From: an uncultured bacterium
Lineage (GTDB): Bacteria; Zixibacteria; MSB-5A5; UBA10806
DNA: 25,297 nt
Reading direction: 5' to 3'
Assembly (NCBI GenBank): GCA_965541585.1
Contig: CBEUCH010000028.1
Location: forward strand, 1-25,297
The number at the start of each line of letters is the position of its first letter. The stretch's first letter is position 1. Of this stretch, positions 1 to 7,445 are shown piece after piece. The notes under the pieces were generated by a model. It was not told the origin of the DNA and did not search any database. It saw only the letters and a program-made list of their open reading frames with translations. The translations under genes and the position numbers were made by a program.

Positions 1-6
1 CTTCAT
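1..6 (-). CDS. possible 5' start of a minus-strand gene running off the left edge
   Basis: CAT at 4-6 (ATG AAG on - strand), with CTCC (GGAG RBS) at 16-19. Only two codons are visible. Confidence 0.3.
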
Positions 7-272
7 GCTACTTTTCTCCGTGGTTTCTTGGTTGTATAAGTAATCTTGAGCGATTATCGGTAATACGTCCTCGTTTATGGATTGTTAAAAACCGACTTTT
101 TTTCCAGATTATAATATTCTCTTAAGACAAATCCTGCGGAACCATCCCAACCGCACGATGTTAAATTGGCAAAATCTTGCCCGACTTTTTCCTATCCATT
201 GCAATATAATGCTTTCCAAATCACTGTCAAGATCATTATTCATTCAGCAGATTGACTTGTTCCCCTCTAAGC

Positions 273-324
273 TTGCCCCCTTTTCCGTTTCCGATAATTG
301 TAACTTATCGGGAATGAGGGGCAA
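273..324. repeat. imperfect inverted repeat centred on the palindrome CCGATAA-N7-TTATCGG
   Basis: TTGCCCC (273-279) pairs with GGGGCAA (318-324). CCGATAA (291-297) pairs with TTATCGG (305-311). Confidence 0.6.
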
Positions 325-572
325 TTCCACTTGCGCTACATCGGCCTAAATCCCCTCCCCCCGGTGGTTGCGGGATGGAGCGGACAGAGAACCCTTCAGC
401 CAATGCTGGGAATTGGCCATAGCATTTTTTTGTGGGCTATTCTTATTTATTCTCCCGTTATAAAGCCTTATCATAAATAGGGAACTATTGAGAATTATTA
501 TTAGTTAAATTTATTAGTTAAGAGTTCTTGCTACCTTTTTGGGGTCTGATCGGTTTAACAATTGGAGGATTA

Positions 573-707
573 ATGACCTCAAAGAAAGTAGTCTGGCTAT
601 TTGGATTTCACCTTTTATTCCCAGCCGTAGTCTATGCTGCAGCCAATTTTAACCGGGATACCGGATTTACGGATGATGACATTTACAGAATTGACTATGT
701 AGGGTAG
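573..707 (+). CDS. small 44-aa signal-peptide ORF, possibly an internally deleted gene remnant
   Basis: GGAGG at 564-568, ATG 573, TAG 705-707. Translates MTSKKVVWLFGFHLLFPAVVYAAANFNRDTGFTDDDIYRIDYVG, with a basic N-terminus, hydrophobic core and VYA|A cleavage-like site. Below the ORF-track cutoff. Confidence 0.5.
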   Translation: MTSKKVVWLFGFHLLFPAVVYAAANFNRDTGFTDDDIYRIDYVG

Positions 708-740
708 AAAGTTAAATTCTTGAAATAAAGGAGTAATGAT

Positions 741-1367
741 ATGAAAAGGACGTTAAGGTTTTTTTTGCGAGGCATTCTATCGCTGGGGCTGTTATTTGCG
801 TTGCCAGGAGTGGCGTTTTCCACGGAGCATTTTGTAAGTATCATAAATTTTGACTTCGTTCCTTATCAGATCTCCATCGCTGCGGGAGATACCGTAACCT
901 GGACCAATAATGACGCGGTTGCGCACACCTCGACCAGTGACACCAACGTCTGGGATTCCGGTAACCTCGCTCCAGGCCAGTCGTATTCATTTGTTTTTAT
1001 CACTACCGGATCCTACCCATATCATTGTAGCTATCACCCTAGTATGACCGGGATTGTAAACGTAGCTGCAACGGGTATCGATGATATATCTCTCTTCATT
1101 CCCGATAGAATAGTGCTTTCCCAAAATTATCCCAATCCTTTTAATGCCTCAACGGTTCTGAATTTTGCAGTTACTCAATCCGGTCATGTAGAACTCAACG
1201 TTTATAACCTGCTGGGGCAGTACGTTGAAACCCTGGTGGATGGCCGTTACGAGGCCGGAGAGTACATTATTTCATGGAACCCTGGCGATCTGCCTTCGGG
1301 TGTCTATTTCGCCAGGCTGAGGGCGGAGCAAGAATCCAAAAGCATTAGAATGCACCTGCTGAAATAG
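741..1367 (+). CDS. secreted cupredoxin (plastocyanin/amicyanin-like type-1 copper protein) with C-terminal T9SS type A-like sorting domain
   Basis: AAGGAG RBS and a signal peptide. GDTVTWTNNDAVAH...YHCSYHPSM supplies the His/Cys/His/Met type-1 Cu ligands. The C-terminal domain reads QNYPNPFN...YNLLGQ...LPSGVYF...LLK. Confidence 0.9.
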   Translation: MKRTLRFFLRGILSLGLLFALPGVAFSTEHFVSIINFDFVPYQISIAAGDTVTWTNNDAVAHTSTSDTNVWDSGNLAPGQSYSFVFITTGSYPYHCSYHPSMTGIVNVAATGIDDISLFIPDRIVLSQNYPNPFNASTVLNFAVTQSGHVELNVYNLLGQYVETLVDGRYEAGEYIISWNPGDLPSGVYFARLRAEQESKSIRMHLLK

Positions 1368-1396
1368 GGTCTTTTTCACGCCATCTTGATGATAAA

Positions 1397-1430
1397 AGGC
1401 CGGGTCGATGTTAATCGGCCCGGCTTGTTT
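1397..1430 (+). terminator. intrinsic terminator after the cupredoxin gene, possibly bidirectional
   Basis: Stem AGGCCGGGTCGAT / ATCGGCCCGGCTT with loop GTTA, followed by GTTT and preceded by an A-run. Confidence 0.7.
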
Positions 1431-1776
1431 ATACCGTTTCCACTAATGTGATGTTAGCGGAAATGCACGATTCCGCCTCTCTCAGAAGATCTTGAGAGTT
1501 ATTAGCAGCGCCGCCCCGTTACGTACCCGAATTGAAGACATTGGACCGCCTAGCGGCCCACAGAAAAATTACCTTTGGAGGTGCGCATCATAGCTGCCCC
1601 GACCGGAACCTCAGAGCTATCATAGTGTTAGGGTAGCCTCCCCGATACCCGGTCTTTAAGAACAATTCGATAGTTCTTCCTAAGAATCACCCAGGATCAT
1701 TATCCAATTTGTATAAATCCCACGATATATGCCAAAAGGTCGAGGGTTCAAGGCGGGTGAAAATGGTAAAATATTG

Positions 1777-1805
1777 TTGACAATTAGAACAGTTGTTATT
1801 ATCTT
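1777..1805 (+). promoter_or_regulatory. sigma70-type promoter for the secreted-protein cluster
   Basis: TTGACA (1777-1782), 17-bp spacer, TATCTT (1800-1805), ending 33 nt before ATG 1839. Confidence 0.6.
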
Positions 1806-1838
1806 CTTTATGTAGAAGCGATTTGCGCTGAGTTGACA

Positions 1839-3269
1839 ATGAAAGCTATATATGTGATAATATCGATTGCAGCGTTGGTTTTCTTGGCTCCCGCTGCCTC
1901 TGCTGTCATCATAAACATCCCCGGAGACTACCCCACCATACAGGAGGGCATAGACGCCGCCCAAAACGGCGATACCGTGCTGGTGGCGCCCGGGCTGTAT
2001 ACTGGAGGCATTCTTATTCAAGACAAAAATATTCTCTTAACGAGCGCCGAGGGGCCACAGGTAACAACTATTAGGGGTTTTTTAAATATTCTGGGTGAAG
2101 CCGTTGATACTATTTGCGTCATTCGGGGAATGACGATTACGAAGAACATTGATGATCCTCTTTATGATAGGAGATCACTGCTTCTAATAGAAGATAGTTC
2201 TCCGCTTATAGTTGGAAACATCGTCGAGGATAACGAAACATGGCGTGTGGGAGCTGGTATTAGCTGTGACCGATCCGGCGCGATCATAAGAGGAAATATA
2301 ATAAGAGATAATTTTGCCTATGTTGAGGCAGGAGGTATTCAGGCCTCCAGCGGTGTTGAGATTGATGGCAACATAATTTCAGAAAACAGAGCTGGCTTTT
2401 CAATTTGTGAGCGGGGCGATGCCGGAGGGTTGACATTGAGTGGCCCAGTGATATTGAGATACAATTTAATAATTGATAATGAAACATACAGAGCTGCATG
2501 CAATCCGAGGGGCGGAGGAATACTAATGTACTCTTCTCCGCACACTCATATATATAATAACACGATAGTCGGAAATTCGGCCCGTATCGGCCCTGATGGT
2601 GGCCTTGGCGGAGGCATTTATTTCAGTGTCAACCCTAATGACGAGGACATGTTCTACAAGAATAATATCATTGCCTTTAATCCATACGGTGGGGGGATCC
2701 ATGGTACTATTCCCGATTCAGCCGACGCAGTTTGGGATTACAATCTTGTATTCGGCAACGGAGGCGGAGATTACATTGGGATAGAGCCAGGGCCTCATGA
2801 TATTCAGGAAGATCCCCTTTTCGTTGATAGGTTTTCTGGAGATTACCATTTACTTCCCAACTCACCTTGCATAGATGCAGGTGATCCGGATTTCCCATTA
2901 GATCCAGATGGCAGCAGGGCCGATATCGGGGCTTACTATTTCGATCAGACCGTCGGTATAGATGATCCTGACGAACCGTCCGGGCCATATCAGTTTCAAC
3001 TCCATCAAAACTATCCCAATCCGTTCAACGCGCAAACGATAATATCATACACTTTATCTGAAAGCAGCGCTGTCAGTCTGATGATATTTTCTATAACCGG
3101 TCATTTTGTAAAATCAATCGTAAACAAGGAGGTGCAGCACCCGGGAGAATACAGATATATCTGGGACGGCGCGGATAAGAGCGGGCAACATGTGGCAACG
3201 GGGATCTACTTTTATGAGTTATATGTTGACGATTATCGCGAATCGAAAGCGATGATACTGATAAAATGA
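1839..3269 (+). CDS. secreted right-handed parallel beta-helix (pectin-lyase-like fold) protein with T9SS-A/FlgD-Ig C-terminal domain, paralog A
   Basis: Signal peptide (APAASA|V), IPGDYPTIQEGIDAAQNGDTVLVAPG, I..N.I..N beta-helix repeats, DPLFVD...LLPNSPCIDAGDP...DIGAY, then the QNYPNPFN...WDG...TGIYFY tail. ATG 1839 preferred over TTG 1833. Confidence 0.88.
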   Translation: MKAIYVIISIAALVFLAPAASAVIINIPGDYPTIQEGIDAAQNGDTVLVAPGLYTGGILIQDKNILLTSAEGPQVTTIRGFLNILGEAVDTICVIRGMTITKNIDDPLYDRRSLLLIEDSSPLIVGNIVEDNETWRVGAGISCDRSGAIIRGNIIRDNFAYVEAGGIQASSGVEIDGNIISENRAGFSICERGDAGGLTLSGPVILRYNLIIDNETYRAACNPRGGGILMYSSPHTHIYNNTIVGNSARIGPDGGLGGGIYFSVNPNDEDMFYKNNIIAFNPYGGGIHGTIPDSADAVWDYNLVFGNGGGDYIGIEPGPHDIQEDPLFVDRFSGDYHLLPNSPCIDAGDPDFPLDPDGSRADIGAYYFDQTVGIDDPDEPSGPYQFQLHQNYPNPFNAQTIISYTLSESSAVSLMIFSITGHFVKSIVNKEVQHPGEYRYIWDGADKSGQHVATGIYFYELYVDDYRESKAMILIK

Positions 3270-3322
3270 AATCGCTTTCATGGATGGTTCTGTCGATATA
3301 CCGCAAAACGGAGGATATCAAA

Positions 3323-5500
3323 ATGAGAAAGGCGCTGATAGCGATCGCGATCGTCTGGGGTTTTCATCCAACGAATTCTCTTACCCAGGACTTTGAATAT
3401 GTCAATTCGACTCTCTGGAACAACCTGGAGGAAGTCAAGGTCGTGGGCCAGTTCGCTTATTGTGCTTTCTGGAATGGGCTTTTGATTCTGGACATATCTG
3501 ATCCGGGTTCTCCGGTTGTCGCGGGAAAAGAATTCGGGCACGGACAAGGGATGGGAATAGACGTTCAAGGCAGTCACGCATACTTGGCGAACCATATCGG
3601 ACTGGTTATATTTGACATCACTGATCCGTCGCAACCGGTCATACTGGGAAGTTGTACGACTCCCAGGGAATCCAATCGAGTGGCGGTAGTAGACGATTTC
3701 GCTTACATTGCCGACGGCTATTCCGGACTGCAGATAGTGGATGTTTCCGACCCTGGCAACCCGACTCTGTTGGGAAGTTATGATACGCCTCATTACGCAA
3801 AGGACGTGTTTGTACGAGGCATTTACGCCTATATTGCGGCTTTGTCGTCGGGGATTCATATTATCGATATATCGGATCCGACCAACCCGGTATTGGCTGG
3901 CAGTCTCGACAGTCCGACTCCCGGTTCGTCCCGAAGTATCCAGATAGTCGGCGACGTTGCGGTAGTGGCCGACGGTGTTTTAGGACTAAGAACCATCGAT
4001 ATTTCCGACCCCACCGATCCGACCGTCATATCAGTTTATGAGACGCCGGGTTATCCGTACGATGTTTACGTTTTGGGGGACACCGCATATGTGGCGGAGG
4101 ATGATTACGGCCTGGAGATTCTTAACATTGCTGATCCATTTCACATCAGCCACTTGGGCAATGCCGACACGCCTGGATATGCAAAAGGGGTGTTTGCGGC
4201 CGCCGGTTATTGCTATGTCATCGATTTCGACGATGCCTTACGAATCTATGATGTTACCGACGCCCGCAATCCTGCGCAGGTCGCGAGCTTCGATACCCCG
4301 GGGACTGTTCGCAGACTGGATCTGGACAGTGAATACGCGTATTTGGCCTGTCATCTGGCGGGGATTCGCATTGTCGATATAGCCGATCCCCGATATCCCG
4401 TCCCAGTGGGAATCCTGGATACTCCCGGCTCCGCCCGAGATTTATTCGTTTCGGGCAACTATGCCTATGTGGCCGATTATACTTCAGGGCTCCAAATAGT
4501 CGATATTTCCGATCCGGGCCATCCTGAGATCGTGGGGAATTTCAATATGCAATGGGCCGCCATAACGCCATTTGTACAGGGAAATTATGCTTATGTCGCG
4601 AACGGCTTCGGATTGAAGGAACTTAACATAATTGAGATCTCGCAGCCTGAATCGCCGAATTTGGTCGGCAGTTTTGACACGCCGAATGCAGTCAGCGGTG
4701 TATATGTCGAAGGGCCCTACGCTTATGTATCGGACGCTTTCTCATACTTGTATAGCGCGGGAGCGCTTTATACTGTAGATGTGTCCGATCCGGCGAATCC
4801 GGTTGAATTAAGTCACCGCGTCACGGCCGGCGCGGCCAATGGATTCTACATTGTCGATAGCTATGCTTATGTAGTTTGCGATTACTATCGGCACCATGAT
4901 TACCCCATCTACACATTGCAGGTCCTGGATATTTCTGATCCGGAAATTCCCGCTCCTGTGGTGGGGAGCCTGGAATTGCCGTATTTTGCGTCGCGGATCG
5001 CCGTAGCGGGTGATTACGCCTATCTCACGAGTTGGAGCGGAGTGCACCTGGTTGACGTTTCGAATCCGACGAACCCGAGTATCGCGGGAGAGTTCAGCAC
5101 TCCCGGTTGGGCAGCAGCCGTGGCAATTAGAGACGACGATTTATTTATTGCCGACATCTACTCGCTGATGATCATGCACATCGAATCCGGAACCTCCGTA
5201 GGTGAGCCTGAAACCCGGCCGCAGCGTCTGGCATTTCGTCAAAACTACCCCAACCCATTCAACGCCGCAACTACTATCCAATACACTTTACCTGTACAGT
5301 CCAAAGTCACAATCAACATCTACGATATCCTCGGCCGCAAGGTTGAAACGCTGGTTCAAGAGGAACAGCCGGCGGGCTATCATCAGGTTGTGTGGGATGG
5401 TAAGGATAGAAACGATAAGATTGTATCAACCGGGATTTATTTCTATGAGTTATATGTTGACGATTACCGCGAATCGAAAGCGATGATAATGGTCAAGTAG
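3323..5500 (+). CDS. secreted LVIVD-repeat (predicted beta-propeller) protein with T9SS-A/FlgD-Ig C-terminal domain
   Basis: About a dozen ~42-aa repeats of the type V.V.G.YAYVAD...GLQIVDISDP..P..VGS.DTPG. GGAGG lies 8 nt before ATG 3323 and a signal peptide follows, so 3323 is preferred over 3266. Ends in the QNYPNPFN tail. Confidence 0.9.
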   Translation: MRKALIAIAIVWGFHPTNSLTQDFEYVNSTLWNNLEEVKVVGQFAYCAFWNGLLILDISDPGSPVVAGKEFGHGQGMGIDVQGSHAYLANHIGLVIFDITDPSQPVILGSCTTPRESNRVAVVDDFAYIADGYSGLQIVDVSDPGNPTLLGSYDTPHYAKDVFVRGIYAYIAALSSGIHIIDISDPTNPVLAGSLDSPTPGSSRSIQIVGDVAVVADGVLGLRTIDISDPTDPTVISVYETPGYPYDVYVLGDTAYVAEDDYGLEILNIADPFHISHLGNADTPGYAKGVFAAAGYCYVIDFDDALRIYDVTDARNPAQVASFDTPGTVRRLDLDSEYAYLACHLAGIRIVDIADPRYPVPVGILDTPGSARDLFVSGNYAYVADYTSGLQIVDISDPGHPEIVGNFNMQWAAITPFVQGNYAYVANGFGLKELNIIEISQPESPNLVGSFDTPNAVSGVYVEGPYAYVSDAFSYLYSAGALYTVDVSDPANPVELSHRVTAGAANGFYIVDSYAYVVCDYYRHHDYPIYTLQVLDISDPEIPAPVVGSLELPYFASRIAVAGDYAYLTSWSGVHLVDVSNPTNPSIAGEFSTPGWAAAVAIRDDDLFIADIYSLMIMHIESGTSVGEPETRPQRLAFRQNYPNPFNAATTIQYTLPVQSKVTINIYDILGRKVETLVQEEQPAGYHQVVWDGKDRNDKIVSTGIYFYELYVDDYRESKAMIMVK

Positions 5501-5510
5501 GGATTTGGGT

Positions 5511-6926
5511 ATGAAGAATGTAACAGGCTTTATATTGATATCCGCCGTCCTGGCGATTGCCCCGGTTGCCTCTGCTGCCATCATAAACATTCCCGGAGAC
5601 TACCCCACCATACAGGAAGGTATAGATGCGGCTCAAAACGGCGATACCGTACTGGTGGCACGGGGGGAGTATATTGAGGAATTGGCGATAGAGGACAAGA
5701 ATATTCTGCTGACCAGTTCTAATGGCCCCGACGTGACAATTATAAGGGGCATGATGATAATTGAGGGAGATTCGGTTGACAGCACCTGCGTGCTGAGAGG
5801 ATTCAACGTTGTCTACGAGGGTGACGTTTGCCCCCCTGATTGCCCTCCGCTGATCCGCAATTACACTGGTTCACCGATAATTGAGGGTAACATTATCCAG
5901 GATGCGGAAAGCTATCTGGGAGGAGGGGGAGGCATTGTTTCTATTTATAATGCGATAATCCGCAATAACATCGTAAAGGACAACTCGGGGGGAGGTATTG
6001 TAGGGATACTTGATGTCGTTATTGAAGGAAATATCGTCTCTAATAATATAGTCTATACGCCTTCTCACGGCGCAGGGGCTGGAGGGATAGGATTTCGGTC
6101 GGGTATCCTGAGGTATAACCTTATAATAGATAACGAGGCTGTGAGTGGATATGGACCTGTCCAGGGCGGGGGGATCAGTACATCCCGTTCTTCTAACAGA
6201 CAAGTATATAACAATACTATCGCGGGAAATTCGGCACGACTAGGACCTTATGATGGACGGGGAGGTGGAATATATTTCAGCGCTCGAAGCGATCAAAATG
6301 AGAACGTATTTTTTAAGAATAATATAATTTCCTTCAGCCCTTATGGAGGTGGGGTTTTCGCCGTCTTGGTAGACTCGGCTGAGGTCGATTGGGATTACAA
6401 TCTGGTTTTCGGCAACGAGACCCTAGATTATATCGGGATAGAGCCGGGCCCTCACGATATTCAAGCCGACCCATTATTCGTTGACAGGTTCTCCGGCGAC
6501 TATAGTCTTCTCCCGAACTCGCCTTGTATAGACGCGGGTGACCCGGATTTCCCATTAGATCCAGATGGCAGCAGGGCTGATATAGGCGCATATTATTTCG
6601 ATCAGACAGTCGGTATTGAAGATCCGGGGGAGCCGTCCGGGCCATATCAGTTTCAACTCCATCAAAACTATCCAAATCCATTCAACGCCCAGACGATAAT
6701 ATCATATACTTTATCTGAAAGCAGCTCTGTCAGTCTGATGATATTTTCTATAACAGGTCATATTGTAAAATTAATCATTAACAAGGAGGTGCAATCGCCA
6801 GGAGAGCATAGATATATTTGGGACGGCACCGATATGAACGGACAGCGAGTATCAACAGGCATTTACTTTTATGAGTTGTATGTCAACGATTATCGCGAAT
6901 CGAAGGCGATGATAATGATAAAATAG
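5511..6926 (+). CDS. secreted right-handed parallel beta-helix protein with T9SS-A/FlgD-Ig C-terminal domain, paralog B
   Basis: Same architecture as 1839-3269, with near-identical N- and C-terminal blocks. ATG 5511 preferred over TTG 5505. Confidence 0.88.
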   Translation: MKNVTGFILISAVLAIAPVASAAIINIPGDYPTIQEGIDAAQNGDTVLVARGEYIEELAIEDKNILLTSSNGPDVTIIRGMMIIEGDSVDSTCVLRGFNVVYEGDVCPPDCPPLIRNYTGSPIIEGNIIQDAESYLGGGGGIVSIYNAIIRNNIVKDNSGGGIVGILDVVIEGNIVSNNIVYTPSHGAGAGGIGFRSGILRYNLIIDNEAVSGYGPVQGGGISTSRSSNRQVYNNTIAGNSARLGPYDGRGGGIYFSARSDQNENVFFKNNIISFSPYGGGVFAVLVDSAEVDWDYNLVFGNETLDYIGIEPGPHDIQADPLFVDRFSGDYSLLPNSPCIDAGDPDFPLDPDGSRADIGAYYFDQTVGIEDPGEPSGPYQFQLHQNYPNPFNAQTIISYTLSESSSVSLMIFSITGHIVKLIINKEVQSPGEHRYIWDGTDMNGQRVSTGIYFYELYVNDYRESKAMIMIK

Positions 6927-6949
6927 GACTTCTCTCAAAGGAGGGAGAA

Positions 6950-7048
6950 ATGAAAATGCGTGCAGTCTTTAGCATTCCCATGGCCCTACTGATGACCGCA
7001 CCTTGTTTGCAGGCCGGCAGGAAGAAAGGATCAGCAACAATGGGCTGA
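6950..7048 (+). pseudogene. 32-aa signal-peptide stub, probably a truncated further member of the secreted-protein cluster
   Basis: AAGGAGG RBS, ATG 6950. Translates MKMRAVFSIPMALLMTAPCLQAGRKKGSATMG*, which looks like a signal peptide up to LQA and then stops quickly. Confidence 0.45.
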
Positions 7049-7181
7049 TTCTGTTTTGCACATCGGATGAGGTTCCTTATTTCCGGTATAGTCGCAATCG
7101 GGACTCTCCCTTTGCCAGGGTGAGGATTTATTTCGATCAATAGCTCGTTTCTTGAAGTTGAGATCGGATTTAATAAGAATA

Positions 7182-7207
7182 GGCCCCGGCTCCGGTCGGG
7201 GCTTTTT
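7182..7207 (+). terminator. intrinsic terminator closing the secreted-protein cluster
   Basis: Stem GGCCCCGGC / GTCGGGGCT, loop TCCG, followed by a T-run. Confidence 0.75.
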
Positions 7208-7445
7208 CGTTGCCGATAATTGTAACTTAGTGGAAATGACACATACAAATCTGCCTAAATATCCACCAATCCCATCACAGCGCCAGTAATATTCAAACTC
7301 AAAAACTAGACCGACTTATGGGGGACAGAACATTATATGAAAACTCTAAATTATATTAAGATTTCCTCATTAAAAAAAAGGTGGAATGCTGTGTTGGGAA
7401 TTATTATATTTTAGTGCAAGATTACATTAAACGCTCGGAGATTAG

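Noticed and set aside
158..349. 63-aa ORF, and other short intergenic ORFs (1680-2021, 6883-7248, 11659-11971, 13421-13696)
   Set aside because: No convincing RBS, motifs or protein-like composition.
3278..3859. 193-aa antisense ORF, and similar long shadow ORFs at 9228-9734, 13075-13527, 14009-14371, 19475-20443 and 24594-25055
   Set aside because: They fully overlap well-supported genes on the opposite strand and show no recognisable motifs.
3323..5180. CRISPR-like or DNA-level tandem repeats in the LVIVD gene
   Set aside because: The periodicity is at the protein level with divergent codons; there are no identical repeats with spacers.
1839..6926. Diversity-generating retroelement TR/VR pair among the repeated C-terminal segments
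   Set aside because: Mismatches are mostly synonymous and involve all four bases rather than adenines only. All copies are coding, and no reverse transcriptase is in the window.
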